Below are positions 1 to 10,303 of a DNA stretch of 64,000 bases, one piece after another; within the stretch, counting starts at the first letter, position 1; every line of letters begins with the position of its first letter. The position numbers and the translations under genes were made by a program. This stretch comes from Syntrophales bacterium. Its GTDB lineage: Bacteria; Desulfobacterota; Syntrophia; Syntrophales; PHBD01. Under the pieces are notes generated by a model that was given only the letters and a program-made list of their open reading frames with translations, did not search any database and was not told the DNA's origin. Location: positions 3,552,001 to 3,616,000 of the forward strand of contig OY764159.1 of the NCBI GenBank assembly GCA_963668175.1, in the 5' to 3' direction.

Positions 1-1
1 G

Positions 2-430
2 TTTGCCTGCTGCAACCGCATACATGACGCCAGGGAAGATGCATACAGGATTCTGGAATGGATTCAATTGTCGCATCATGCCTCGACGATGGCGTCCAAC
101 CTGACGCTGGCCGAGAGGAAACGGCTCGAGCTCGGCAGGGCTTTAGCGACCAAACCGAAACTGTTGCTTCTCGACGAGGTAATGGCCGGATTGAACCCGA
201 AGGAGACGGAGGAAATCATCGGCATCGTGAGATCCATCTCCAACGAAGGGATAACGATCATCATGATCGAACACGTCATGAAAGCCGTCATGTCCCTTTC
301 CGACCGGATCGTGGTAATCGACGGCGGCATCAAGCTGGTGGAAGGTCTCCCCAACGACGTCGTGAAAGACCAAAGAGTGATTGAAGCCTATCTAGGGGGT
401 GAATACCATGCGAATGCTGGAATTAAATAA
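2..430 (+). CDS. livG: LIV-type ABC transporter ATP-binding subunit (LivG-like), 5'-truncated by window edge
   Basis: Frame is open from base 2. Contains LLLLDEVMAG (Walker B), the IEHVM H-loop and C-terminal VIEAYLG. Confidence 0.85.
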   Translation, partial: FACCNRIHDAREDAYRILEWIQLSHHASTMASNLTLAERKRLELGRALATKPKLLLLDEVMAGLNPKETEEIIGIVRSISNEGITIIMIEHVMKAVMSLSDRIVVIDGGIKLVEGLPNDVVKDQRVIEAYLGGEYHANAGIK

Positions 431-1118
431 TGTAACAACAAAATACGGGGACCTGAAGGCCATCCGCAATATTTCCCTGTCCGTTAATGAAGGTCGCATC
501 GTCTCCATTGTGGGATCGAACGGAGCGGGAAAGACGACGCTGCTCAGCACCATTTCCGGTGTACTGCGGAGCGCCGAAGGAACGATTTCTTTCGGAGGAA
601 AGGACCTCACGCATATGCCTCCTCACAAGATCGTCGAGGAGGGCATCGTCCAGGTACCGGAAGGCCGCCTTCTCTTTCCCTATATGAGTGTTCTCGAAAA
701 TCTGCAGCTAGGAGCGTTCAATTCGAGATCGCGAAAGGAAATCCGTGGCCTCCTGGATAATGTTTACAGCTATTTCCCGAAGCTGGTCGACAGGGCCGGC
801 CAGTTGGCCGGCACCCTGAGCGGCGGAGAGCAGCAGATGGTGGCGATCGGGCGCGGGCTCATGGCCAGCCCGAAGCTCCTCATGCTGGACGAACCCTCCC
901 TTGGTTTGAGCCCGCTGATCGTTAAGACCGTGTTCGAGACGATCGAGAAAATCAAGGCCGACGGTATCACGGTGCTCCTTGTGGAGCAGAACGTCTGGCA
1001 GTCGTTGATGATTTCCGACGATGTCTACGTGCTCGAAAACGGCGAGGTCGTGCTGTCGGGACAAGGGAAAGAGCTCCTGAGCGATCCGAGAGTCAAGGAG
1101 GCCTATCTGGGGATATAG
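408..1118 (+). CDS. livF: LIV-type ABC transporter ATP-binding subunit (LivF-like)
   Basis: GSNGAGKT Walker A, VPEGR, LSGGEQQM signature, LDEPSLGL, VEQN. Confidence 0.92.
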   Translation: MRMLELNNVTTKYGDLKAIRNISLSVNEGRIVSIVGSNGAGKTTLLSTISGVLRSAEGTISFGGKDLTHMPPHKIVEEGIVQVPEGRLLFPYMSVLENLQLGAFNSRSRKEIRGLLDNVYSYFPKLVDRAGQLAGTLSGGEQQMVAIGRGLMASPKLLMLDEPSLGLSPLIVKTVFETIEKIKADGITVLLVEQNVWQSLMISDDVYVLENGEVVLSGQGKELLSDPRVKEAYLGI

Positions 1119-1180
1119 ATGGGTGCCCCCGGTTGAGGCCGTCATGAATGAAACCCAAGACAAAGGTAAGGAGGAAGGAA

Positions 1181-2446
1181 ATGAAGAGATGTTTGATTGG
1201 TTTGGTTGCCACAGTAACGTGTTTTATCCTGTCCGCCGTCATGCCCTTCAGCGCGAAAGCGGCGGATGTCTTCAGAATCGGGGCACTTTATCCGCTGAGT
1301 GGTCCCATGGCCTTGCTCGGCACGCATGACATGAACGGCGTGGAGCTGGCGACGGAGATGTTCAATGAGAGAGGCGGCGTCAAAGGTAAAAAAGTTCAGC
1401 TGATTAAAAGCGATGTGCCGACGCCCGAGGCCGCCCGGTCCGAGGCGGAGAGACTGGTGAACGTCGAGAAGATAGATTTCCTCTTCGGGACATACTCAAG
1501 TTCGCTCTCTTTCGTGGCTTCATCGGTTGCGGAAAAACACAGGAAGATATTCTGGGAAACCGGCGCGATTGCCGACAACATCACCCAGCGGAAATTCAAG
1601 TACCTTTTCCGGACATGTACGAATTCCAGCGCTTTCGGTTTCGCTGCAGCCGATTTCATCATCGAGAAACTGGCGAAGGATTTCAAGATCGGTCTGAAGG
1701 ATCTTAGAGTGGCCATCGCCCACGAAGACTCCCTGTTCGGTACGTCGGTTATGGCCGCCGCCAAGAAGCGGCTCCAGCAAAAGGGTGTGAACGTCGTGGC
1801 CTTCGAGAGCTACAGCAAATCCATCACGGACCTTTCGCCTTTGGTCATGAAATTCAAGACCCTGAAACCGGACGTCCTTTTGGCCACATGCTACACCAAT
1901 GACGCCATTTTATGGCAGCGCCAGATGCGGGAAATGAACCTGAACGTCAAAGCCGTTGTCGGAACGGGCGGCGGACACGGCATTCTCGATTTCGCCAAGG
2001 CGACCGGGAAGGATTCGGACGGTGTCTTCAGCGCCGACTTCCCCCTCGTCAAGAATCCCAAAAGTCTGACCGCCAAGATCGATCCGCCGCTGAATACTGT
2101 CCGCGAGCGCTACAAGAAGAAGTACGGCGATTATCCTGACCTGCATGCACAGTCCGCCTTTATGAGCGCATGGGTGTTTTACAACTACGTTCTGGCGAAG
2201 ACGAACTCTCTGAATCCGGATCAGATTCGCAAGGCAGCATACGCGATAGACATACCCGTCGGTGGAACCCACATGGGATGGGGCGTCAAGTTTCTGGGCG
2301 AGAACAGTGCGGAACCGGGACAGAACGAGCGGGCTTTTGCCGTCATGATGCAATGGCAGGGCGGCTTAAACTACAGCGTATGGCCCGACAACTACGCGGA
2401 ACGCAAACCGATACTGATACCGCTCCCCAACTGGAGCAGCAGGTAA
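1181..2446 (+). CDS. LivJ/LivK-family periplasmic substrate-binding protein
   Basis: Signal peptide ending AKA-AD, then RIGALYPLSG (type I PBP). AGGAGG RBS precedes ATG 1181. Confidence 0.88.
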   Translation: MKRCLIGLVATVTCFILSAVMPFSAKAADVFRIGALYPLSGPMALLGTHDMNGVELATEMFNERGGVKGKKVQLIKSDVPTPEAARSEAERLVNVEKIDFLFGTYSSSLSFVASSVAEKHRKIFWETGAIADNITQRKFKYLFRTCTNSSAFGFAAADFIIEKLAKDFKIGLKDLRVAIAHEDSLFGTSVMAAAKKRLQQKGVNVVAFESYSKSITDLSPLVMKFKTLKPDVLLATCYTNDAILWQRQMREMNLNVKAVVGTGGGHGILDFAKATGKDSDGVFSADFPLVKNPKSLTAKIDPPLNTVRERYKKKYGDYPDLHAQSAFMSAWVFYNYVLAKTNSLNPDQIRKAAYAIDIPVGGTHMGWGVKFLGENSAEPGQNERAFAVMMQWQGGLNYSVWPDNYAERKPILIPLPNWSSR

Positions 2447-2509
2447 CGGCACACGTTTTCAGGTGTTTGGGTATGGCAGGAATGCGCAACACATAACTAC
2501 CAGTGCCAA

Positions 2510-2564
2510 GTGAAGTCCGTCCTCTGCCGCTACCCTTCGCTGAAAGGCGGGGGGCGGATTTCAC
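2510..2564 (+). other. 19-bp RNA stem-loop after the binding-protein gene
   Basis: GTGAAGTCCGTCCTCTGCC (2510-2528) pairs fully with GGCGGGGGGCGGATTTCAC (2546-2564) using 4 G-U pairs. No U-tract follows. Confidence 0.6.
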
Positions 2565-2622
2565 GGCACGCTGGCACCCCATTGATCAGGGACAGTTTGT
2601 TATTTTGAAAGGAGCACGGAAA

Positions 2623-4095
2623 ATGATTTCAAGTGATATTTACAAAGATAGAATGGCGAAGCTCAAACCGAACGTCTATCAGGGGGGAAAGTTGGTGGAC
2701 CGCTTCGACCCAAGCATCATCGGGGGCATCAACGTCATTGCCGCTACGTACGATTTCGCCATCGATCCGGAGTTCGAAGGTGTCGGCGTCGCCACCTCCC
2801 ATATCACGGGAGAGCGGATCAACCGGTTCAACCATATCCATCAGAATATGGAAGACTTGCTGAACAAGCAGAAGATGACGCGCCTGTACTGCCAGGAGGT
2901 CGGCGGCTGCATCCAGCGCTGCATGGGTATCGACGCACTGAACGCCCTGTCCATCGCAAGCTACGACGCCGATCAGAAACACGGGACGGATTACTACAAG
3001 CGTTTCATCGAATTCATGAAGAAGGTCCAGAAGGAAGACCTGTCGCTGGTCTGCGCCCAGACGGACGTCAAGGGCAACCGCGTCTGGCGCCCCGCCAAGC
3101 AGAAAGACCCGGACCTCTACCTGCGCGTTGTGGAGAAACGGGCAGACGGCATCATCGTCAACGGCGCCAAGGCCCATAACTCCTGCTCCGTCTATGCGGA
3201 CGAGATCGTCGTCCTGCCGACCCGCAACATGGCGACGGACGAGGCGGACTGGGCCGTGGCCTTCTCCATCCCCGCCGATGCGGAAGGCATCACGCTCATC
3301 AACGGGGCCTTCAATCCGCCCAAGCGTAAACGCCTGGAGGCGCCTTACTGCAACCAGGGAGAATCCCATTCCATGACGATATTCGACCACGTCTTCATTC
3401 CTTGGGAACGCGTCTTTTTATGCGGAGAGACGGAAGAGGCAGGGAAAGCGGCCCTCTTTTTCGCCCTGTACCACCGGCACAGCTACACCGGCTGCAAAGC
3501 GGCCGTATCGGAAATGTTCACGGGGGCGACAGCCCTGGCTGCCGATTACAACGGCATCGCGAACGCCCAGCACGTCCGTCACAAGCTGGCGGATATGATC
3601 CATGTGGTGGATCTGATCTATGCGTCGGGCATGGCCTCGGCCATGAACAGCACGAAGGCCGCGAGCGGCACGTGCATCCCCGACTCGAATTACTGCAACG
3701 CCGGCCGGATGCTGGCGGGCGAAGCCATTTACGGCGAATACGAGTCCCTGGCCGCCATCGCCGGCGGACTTGCGGCCACGCTGCCTCACGAGGAGGATTT
3801 TTATAACGAGAAGACGAGAGCCTATCTCGAGAAGTACATCATGCGCACGCCAGAGGTATCGGCGGAAGAACAGCACCGCGCCTTCCGGCTGTTCCAGGAC
3901 ATGATGTCGTCCGTATGGGGCGGGCACAAGCTGATCGACGCCCTTCACGGCGGCGGCTCCCCGGTGATTGAGAAGGTCGCCATTTACCGGGACCACAATT
4001 TCGAGCATTCGAAGAACATCGTCAAAAAGCTGGCCGGGATCAAATACACCGGATCGACGAAAGGTATCTTCCGGGAGAAACGCTCCTGGTATTAA
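2623..4095 (+). CDS. Divergent 4-hydroxybutyryl-CoA dehydratase/vinylacetyl-CoA isomerase family protein (HpaB/AbfD fold, FAD + [4Fe-4S])
   Basis: CIQRC and HRHSYTGC cluster-ligand motifs, QTDVKG, GAKAH, HGGGSP. GGAG RBS precedes ATG 2623. Confidence 0.85.
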   Translation: MISSDIYKDRMAKLKPNVYQGGKLVDRFDPSIIGGINVIAATYDFAIDPEFEGVGVATSHITGERINRFNHIHQNMEDLLNKQKMTRLYCQEVGGCIQRCMGIDALNALSIASYDADQKHGTDYYKRFIEFMKKVQKEDLSLVCAQTDVKGNRVWRPAKQKDPDLYLRVVEKRADGIIVNGAKAHNSCSVYADEIVVLPTRNMATDEADWAVAFSIPADAEGITLINGAFNPPKRKRLEAPYCNQGESHSMTIFDHVFIPWERVFLCGETEEAGKAALFFALYHRHSYTGCKAAVSEMFTGATALAADYNGIANAQHVRHKLADMIHVVDLIYASGMASAMNSTKAASGTCIPDSNYCNAGRMLAGEAIYGEYESLAAIAGGLAATLPHEEDFYNEKTRAYLEKYIMRTPEVSAEEQHRAFRLFQDMMSSVWGGHKLIDALHGGGSPVIEKVAIYRDHNFEHSKNIVKKLAGIKYTGSTKGIFREKRSWY

Positions 4096-4335
4096 GCCGC
4101 AAGGCGGCGGATGAAGACTTCCTTCCCTTGCCGGGCATGACGTAGCCCATATTCCCACGGTGCCGTGGGGACAGGGACGAGCATTGAACACACGTCATGT
4201 CCCGGCAAGCAAGGCGGTGAAGGCTGAGAGGATAGATTCTTCACGATATCGCGGGACGGGACGGAAAAACCATGTGAGCAGCGGAGACCCGGTTATCCTG
4301 GATTTCCCAATAAGAATAAGGAGTACATCAACACT

Positions 4336-5199
4336 ATGACTATCAAGACAATAGGGGTTGTAGGGGCGGGGAACATGGGGCGACAGATCGCCCTGCAGTG
4401 CGCCCTGTCGGGTTTCGAGGTTTACTGCACGGACACGATCGCCGTTGTTCTGCAAAGCGCCGAGGCCTTTTCGCGCAAGTGGCTCGCCGACCGCGTCGCC
4501 AAGGGCAAGATGGCCGAGGATGAGGCCAAAACGGTAAGCGCCCGCCTGCACTATACGGCCGAACTGGCCGAGGCCGCCAAGGGCGCAGACCTCATCATCG
4601 AAGCCATCATCGAGATATTGGAAACGAAGCGGGCGCTCTTCAAAGAGCTGGACAAGCTCTGTCCGCCCCACACGATCCTTGCGACCAACAGTTCGTACAT
4701 CGTGAGTTCCAGGATCGCCGACGCCACGAAACGGCCCGACAAGGTCCTGAACATGCACTTCTTCAACCCGGCCCTCGTCATGAAGCTCGTCGAGGTCGTC
4801 CAGGGTCCCCACGTCTCCGACGAAACCGTCGAGACGGTCATCGAAGTCAGCAAGGCGTTGGGCAAGGTGCCCACACGGGTGAACAAGGAGATCTACGGCT
4901 TCATCTGCAACCGGATGTTCAGCGCCATCACGAAGGAGGCCTGCTACCTCCTGGATCTGGGCATCGCCTCCATCGAGGACATCGACAACGCCGCGAAGAA
5001 CGGCCTGGGGCATCCGATGGGTCCCCTGCAGCTCCTCGACATGACGGGGATCGACCTCGAATACTACGTCTCCATGGAGCGTTACCAGGAGACGCGGAAC
5101 CTCGCCGACAAGCCGAGTCCCGGCCTCGTGGAGCGTTACGCCCGGGGCGACTACGGCAGGAAGACGGGCAAGGGATTCTACGATTACACGAAGAAGTGA
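4336..5199 (+). CDS. hbd: 3-hydroxyacyl(butyryl)-CoA dehydrogenase
   Basis: GAGNMG NAD motif, ATNSS, MHFFNP, GHPMGP. Confidence 0.9.
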   Translation: MTIKTIGVVGAGNMGRQIALQCALSGFEVYCTDTIAVVLQSAEAFSRKWLADRVAKGKMAEDEAKTVSARLHYTAELAEAAKGADLIIEAIIEILETKRALFKELDKLCPPHTILATNSSYIVSSRIADATKRPDKVLNMHFFNPALVMKLVEVVQGPHVSDETVETVIEVSKALGKVPTRVNKEIYGFICNRMFSAITKEACYLLDLGIASIEDIDNAAKNGLGHPMGPLQLLDMTGIDLEYYVSMERYQETRNLADKPSPGLVERYARGDYGRKTGKGFYDYTKK

Positions 5200-5230
5200 G
5201 GCGGCGACGTTTTCCGGAAAGGATAGAGAC

Positions 5231-5995
5231 ATGAATTACGAAAACATTCAGTTCGCGGTGAGCGGGGCGACGGCCGTTTTGATGCTGAACCGTCCGAAGG
5301 CGATGAACGCCCTGAACCGCGCGCTTGTGGACGAACTGGACCATGCCGTGGACCGGATCGCGAACGACCCGTCCATCGCGGCGGTTGTCCTCTCGGGCGA
5401 GAAGAACTTCGCGGCGGGGGCGGACATCACGTCGATGGTGGAGATGGACCCGGAAGCGGCGAAGGCGTTTGCCTTCACGCCGACGTATCAGAAGATCGAA
5501 GAGCTGGCAAAGCCGACGATTGCCGCGATATCGGGCTTTGCCCTGGGAGGCGGCCTGGAGCTGGCCCTGGCGTGCGACATCCGGATCGCCGGTCCCGATG
5601 CGAAGCTTGCCTTCCCCGAGATCAATATAGGGATATTCCCCGGCGCCGGGGGGACGCAGCGTCTGCCCCGGCTGGTGGGACCTGCCCGGGCGAAGGAGCT
5701 GATCTTCCTGGGGACGACGCTCGACGCCCAGAAGGCGCTCGAATACGGCCTCGTGAACAGCATCGCGGACGATCCGCTGGACGCGGCCATGAAGATGGCG
5801 TTGAAGCTGGCGGGGAAGCCCGCCGTGGCCCTGGCGCGCGCGAAGGAATGCATCAACATCGCCTCGGAGTCGGGCCTTAAGGCGGGACTGAAAGCCGAGG
5901 CGGAGAAATGGGGCAGCCTCTTTACGACGGCGGACCAGAAGGAAGGCATGCGGGCCTTCCTGGAGAAGAGGAAACCGGTCTACAAGGGTCAATGA
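5231..5995 (+). CDS. crt: Enoyl-CoA hydratase (crotonase family)
   Basis: FAAGADI, GGGLELALACD, FPEINIGIFPGAGGTQRL with both catalytic Glu. Confidence 0.9.
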   Translation: MNYENIQFAVSGATAVLMLNRPKAMNALNRALVDELDHAVDRIANDPSIAAVVLSGEKNFAAGADITSMVEMDPEAAKAFAFTPTYQKIEELAKPTIAAISGFALGGGLELALACDIRIAGPDAKLAFPEINIGIFPGAGGTQRLPRLVGPARAKELIFLGTTLDAQKALEYGLVNSIADDPLDAAMKMALKLAGKPAVALARAKECINIASESGLKAGLKAEAEKWGSLFTTADQKEGMRAFLEKRKPVYKGQ

Positions 5996-6011
5996 TTGGA
6001 AAGGAGCATCT

Positions 6012-7193
6012 ATGAGAGAAGTGGTCATTATCGGCGGTGCGAGAACCGCCATTGGAAACTATATGGGATCGTTGGCGGGGTTCAACTCCGTCGCGCTGGG
6101 CATCTTTGCGCTGAAGGGCGCGCTTGAGAAGACGGGAGTGGCCATGGGCGACCTGGAATGCCTCGTTGCTGGTCACGTGAACCAGGCGGGTGCGCCGGGG
6201 AACTCGGCCAGACACATCGCCATGCGGGCGGGCCTGCCGATTACGTCCTACGCCTACACGGTGCACCAGCAGTGCGCATCGTCCATGCGTGCGGCGGAGT
6301 GCCTGTCCCAGGACATCATGCTGGGGAAGTACGACGTGGGCGTCGTGGTGGGCATCGAGTCCATGAGCACGGCGCCGTATCTCCTGATGGGCGCCCGGAA
6401 GGGATACCGCCTCGGGGATGCGGAAAAGGTGCAGGACAGCCTCATGATCGGGGGCCTGGTCGACGATCTTCTGGGTTATCACATGGGGATCACGGCGGAG
6501 AACATCGCGGCCGATTACGGGATCACGCGTGAAGAGCAGGACGAGTTTGCCCTCATGAGCAACATGCGGGCGTGCAAGGCGATCCAGGAGGGGTGGTTCA
6601 AGGACGAGATCGTCCCGGTGGAGATCAAGACGAAGAAAGGGACGACGGTATTCGATACGGACGAGCATCCGCAGGCGAACACGTCGATGGAGGCGTTGGC
6701 GAAGCTGAAGCCCGCCTTCAAGAAGGACGGGACGGTGACGGCGGGAAACGCCTCCGGACTGAACGACGCGGGGTCGGCCCTGATCATGATGTCGGCGGAA
6801 GCGGCGAAGGCGAAGGGCTTCAAGCCTGTCGCCAGGGTCGTCGCCTCCTCCCCCGGTTCGGTGGAGCCCCGGATCATGGGCATGGGTGTGGTTCCCGCGG
6901 TGCGTAACGCCCTGAAGTTCGCGGGGCTTTCGCAGGACCAGATCGATTACTGGGAGTTGAACGAGGCGTTTGCGGCGCAGGTTTTGGGAGTGAACCGCGA
7001 GTTGAAGATCGGCCTGGACCGCGTGAACGCCGTTGGCTCGGGGATCGGCCTGGGTCATCCGGTGGGGGCGACGGGCGCGCGTCTCATCCTGACCATGATC
7101 AACGAGATGAAGCGCCGGGGCGTGAGATACGGCTGCGCCTCCCTGTGCGCAAGCGGCGGACCCGCCCATGCGTTTATCGTCGAATCTATCTAA
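6012..7193 (+). CDS. Acetyl-CoA C-acyltransferase (thiolase)
   Basis: QQCASS, NEAFA, GHPVGATG, CASGG. Confidence 0.93.
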   Translation: MREVVIIGGARTAIGNYMGSLAGFNSVALGIFALKGALEKTGVAMGDLECLVAGHVNQAGAPGNSARHIAMRAGLPITSYAYTVHQQCASSMRAAECLSQDIMLGKYDVGVVVGIESMSTAPYLLMGARKGYRLGDAEKVQDSLMIGGLVDDLLGYHMGITAENIAADYGITREEQDEFALMSNMRACKAIQEGWFKDEIVPVEIKTKKGTTVFDTDEHPQANTSMEALAKLKPAFKKDGTVTAGNASGLNDAGSALIMMSAEAAKAKGFKPVARVVASSPGSVEPRIMGMGVVPAVRNALKFAGLSQDQIDYWELNEAFAAQVLGVNRELKIGLDRVNAVGSGIGLGHPVGATGARLILTMINEMKRRGVRYGCASLCASGGPAHAFIVESI

Positions 7194-7213
7194 CCGAAAC
7201 CAGGAGGCACGAT

Positions 7214-8668
7214 ATGGCACTCAAGACGCCTGAAGAGTACGAAGCAAGTCTGCGTAAAATGAACATGAAGATATACCTGATGGGCGAGCGGGTGAAGGAC
7301 CCGGTGGACCATCCCATCATCCGGCCTTCGATGAACTCCGTGAAGAAGACCTACGAGCTGGCCCTGGACCCGTCCTGCGAGGACCTGATGACGGCGACGT
7401 CGTCGCTGACGGGGAAGAAGATCAACCGCTTCTGCCATCTCCACCAGAACACGGACGACCTGATCAGGAAGGTGAAGATGCAGCGTCTGCTGGGCCAGCA
7501 GACGGCGGCGTGCTTCCAGCGGTGCGTCGGCATGGACGCGATCAACGCCGTGGACTCGACGACCTTCGAAATGGACCAGAAGCTGGGGACGGAATACCAC
7601 AAGCGCTTCCGGAACTTTCTCCTCAGGATGCAGGAGGAGGATTGGACGGTGGACGGCGCCATGACGGACGTGAAGGGCGACCGCGGTCTGGCTCCGCACC
7701 AGCAGGCGGACCCGGACCTCTTTGTCCGGGTGGTGGAGAAGAACGACAGGGGGATCGTGGTGCGCGGGGCGAAGGCGCACCAGACGGGTGCGGTGAACTC
7801 GCACTGGGTTCTCGTGATGCCGACGATCGCCATGGGGAAGGACGATGCGGACTATGCGGTGGCGTTCGTCGCCCCGGCGGACGCGGAGGGCATCTTCTAC
7901 ATCTACGGGCGGCAGTCCTGCGATACGCGGAAGCTGGAAGGCGGGACGATCGACGTGGGCAACGCGACCTACGGGGGCCACGAGGCGCTGATCGTCTTCG
8001 AGGACGTGTTCGTTCCGTGGGAGAACGTCCTCATGTGCGGGGAGTGGCAGTACAGCGGGCTGCTGGTGGAGCGGTTCGCCGGTTATCACCGTCAGAGCTA
8101 CGGGGGCTGCAAGGTCGGCGTGGGCGACGTTTTGATCGGGGCGGCGGCGGTTGCGGCGGACTACAACGGAGCGGCGAAGGCCTCGCATGTGAAGGACAAG
8201 CTGATCGAGATGATGCACCTGAACGAGACGCTGTATTCTTGCGGGATTGCGTGTTCGTCGCAGGGGAGCAGGACGGCGTCGGGGACGTACCTGATCGACC
8301 TGTTGCTTGCGAATGTCTGCAAGCAGAACGTGACGCGCTACCCGTACGAGATTGCGCGGCTGGCCCAGGACATTGCGGGTGGCCTCATGGTGACGATGGC
8401 TTCGGAGAAGGATCTGAAGCACCCGGAGATCGGGAAGGTGCTGGAGAAGTACATGAAGGGCAATGCGAGCGTGCCGGTGGAGAACCGTTGCCGGATGATG
8501 CGCCTGGTGGAGAACCTGACGCTGGGAACGGCGGCGGTAGGCTATCTGACGGAATCGATGCACGGGGCGGGTTCGCCCCAGGCGCAGCGGATCATGATCG
8601 CCCGCCAGGGCAACCTGGAACACAAGAAGAAGCTCGCCGAGAAGATCGCCGGCGTAGCCGATAGATAA
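7214..8668 (+). CDS. abfD: 4-hydroxybutyryl-CoA dehydratase / vinylacetyl-CoA delta-isomerase (canonical)
   Basis: CFQRCVGMDA, HRQSYGGCK, GAKAHQTG, GGHEAL, TESMHGAGSPQAQR. AGGAGG RBS. Confidence 0.92.
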   Translation: MALKTPEEYEASLRKMNMKIYLMGERVKDPVDHPIIRPSMNSVKKTYELALDPSCEDLMTATSSLTGKKINRFCHLHQNTDDLIRKVKMQRLLGQQTAACFQRCVGMDAINAVDSTTFEMDQKLGTEYHKRFRNFLLRMQEEDWTVDGAMTDVKGDRGLAPHQQADPDLFVRVVEKNDRGIVVRGAKAHQTGAVNSHWVLVMPTIAMGKDDADYAVAFVAPADAEGIFYIYGRQSCDTRKLEGGTIDVGNATYGGHEALIVFEDVFVPWENVLMCGEWQYSGLLVERFAGYHRQSYGGCKVGVGDVLIGAAAVAADYNGAAKASHVKDKLIEMMHLNETLYSCGIACSSQGSRTASGTYLIDLLLANVCKQNVTRYPYEIARLAQDIAGGLMVTMASEKDLKHPEIGKVLEKYMKGNASVPVENRCRMMRLVENLTLGTAAVGYLTESMHGAGSPQAQRIMIARQGNLEHKKKLAEKIAGVADR

Positions 8669-8690
8669 AGCGTTAAAGGAGAAGTAAGTT

Positions 8691-9986
8691 ATGGAAAAGA
8701 CGAAATCTGGGGCTCTTTCCGACGTCACGGTACTCGATTTTTCGTGGGTTCTGGCGGGTCCGCACGCGACGAAAACGCTGGCCGACATGGGTGCCAACGT
8801 CATCAAGGTCGAACGCTACGAAGCCGGCGCCAATGAGCGATGGCAGAATCTCCGCGTGGAGAAGGACGGCGTCATACAGAGTTCCTATCATATCAACGTC
8901 AACCGAGGAAAAAAGAGCATCTGTATAGATCTCAAGAATCCCCGCGGTTTCAAGATCGTCCAGGAACTCATTAAGAAGAGCGATCTTTTGATTGAAAACT
9001 TCGCCCCCGGCGTCATGGAGCGGCTGAAGCTGGATTATGCATCGGTGAAGAAGATCAAGCCGGACATCATTTATTGCTCCATTTCGTGCTTCGGGCACTG
9101 GGGACCGTTCAGCAGCAAGCCCGGTTACGACATCATCGCCCAGGCGGCCAGCGGCTGGGTGGGACGGAGTACGCCGCCCATCATGGCTGCCGTCTCCATC
9201 GGCGACACCACCGCGGCCATGCATGCCTGTACGGCTATGCTGGCGGCCCTGCATCACAAGATCGTAACGGGCGAGGGTCAGAACATCGACATCTCCATGG
9301 TGGACTGCCTGTATTCCCTCCACGAACATGCGCTTCCCTGGTACTGGGCGAGCGAAACCGCCGGGGAGCCGGTCTTGATGGCTAAAACCGGTCAAACGAT
9401 CGTATCTTCCGCTCCGTACGGGATTTATAACGGCAAAAACGGTCATATCGCCGTCGCCAGCATGTCGGAAAACCGCTGGCTGCCGCTGATCGACTTAATG
9501 GGGCCGGATGCGGCCTGGATCAAGGATGACCCGAGGTTCAAGGACGTTCCGACACGCAGCCTTCCGGAAAATACCGCCATCATCCACGAGGTCGTCGATA
9601 AATGGGTTATGTCACAGGACTCGGTGGAAGAGGCCGAACGCAAGCTTGATGCCGCCGGTATCCCCTGTTCCCGTGTGAAGGAGCTGAAGGAACTGGCCAC
9701 CGACGATCCCCATATTAATGCCCGCGAGATGAGCCCCAGGGTCTTTCAGCCTTTCCTCGGCCGCATGAGGATGTTCGGCAGCCCCCTGAAATTCTCCGAG
9801 ACGCCCTCAGAGGTCAGGGGATACGCCCCGTTCCTGGGAGAGCATAACAAAGAGATCCTTTCGCTGTACCTCCGTTATTCGCCGGAGGAGATAGAGTCTC
9901 TTTATAAGGAGAAAATTCTCTATGAAGCGCCGGAAGTGAAACGCCTTCCAGGGGAATTGAAAAAGAACGCAGAGCGGAAAGGATAA
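8691..9986 (+). CDS. Family III (CaiB/BaiF) CoA-transferase
   Basis: LAGP...LADMGANVIKVE, NRGKKS, ENFAPG, catalytic Asp in SIGD, APFLGEH. Confidence 0.92.
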   Translation: MEKTKSGALSDVTVLDFSWVLAGPHATKTLADMGANVIKVERYEAGANERWQNLRVEKDGVIQSSYHINVNRGKKSICIDLKNPRGFKIVQELIKKSDLLIENFAPGVMERLKLDYASVKKIKPDIIYCSISCFGHWGPFSSKPGYDIIAQAASGWVGRSTPPIMAAVSIGDTTAAMHACTAMLAALHHKIVTGEGQNIDISMVDCLYSLHEHALPWYWASETAGEPVLMAKTGQTIVSSAPYGIYNGKNGHIAVASMSENRWLPLIDLMGPDAAWIKDDPRFKDVPTRSLPENTAIIHEVVDKWVMSQDSVEEAERKLDAAGIPCSRVKELKELATDDPHINAREMSPRVFQPFLGRMRMFGSPLKFSETPSEVRGYAPFLGEHNKEILSLYLRYSPEEIESLYKEKILYEAPEVKRLPGELKKNAERKG

Positions 9987-10303
9987 TCGATTGCGGGATC
10001 CTGAAATATTTCGAAGCGTCGCCCATTGCCTGTCCTGTCCGTCACGCCTGTTGTCAGGAATCATGCAACGGCATTGTCCGCAATGCACCCCCGAACATGA
10101 CCGGGCAGGCGCGTGGCGGACAGGACATCTGCAGTATTGACAACGGGTCATGGACGCGCTTTTTGCGGTTGTTTCGAAGCCGCGTTCGGAAAACGACTCT
10201 TGAAGACTTTATCGGCGGTTCGCATCGCGAAGATGCCCGACGCATCCGAATGAACGGAAAATCCTGTGGAAATGGTTAATCAGAAAGGGAAGGAGTACTT
10301 CAT

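Noticed and set aside
2572..2586. Sigma54-like TGGCAC...TTGA
   Set aside because: Spacing is one base short and the -12 GC is missing.
2623..4095. Annotation as oxygen-dependent 4-hydroxyphenylacetate 3-hydroxylase HpaB
   Set aside because: It keeps the AbfD Fe-S ligands and sits in an anaerobic acyl-CoA cluster.
9987..10303. Short ORFs and a CxxC...CxxC stretch in the gap before the SDR
   Set aside because: No RBS or recognisable family; not supportable.
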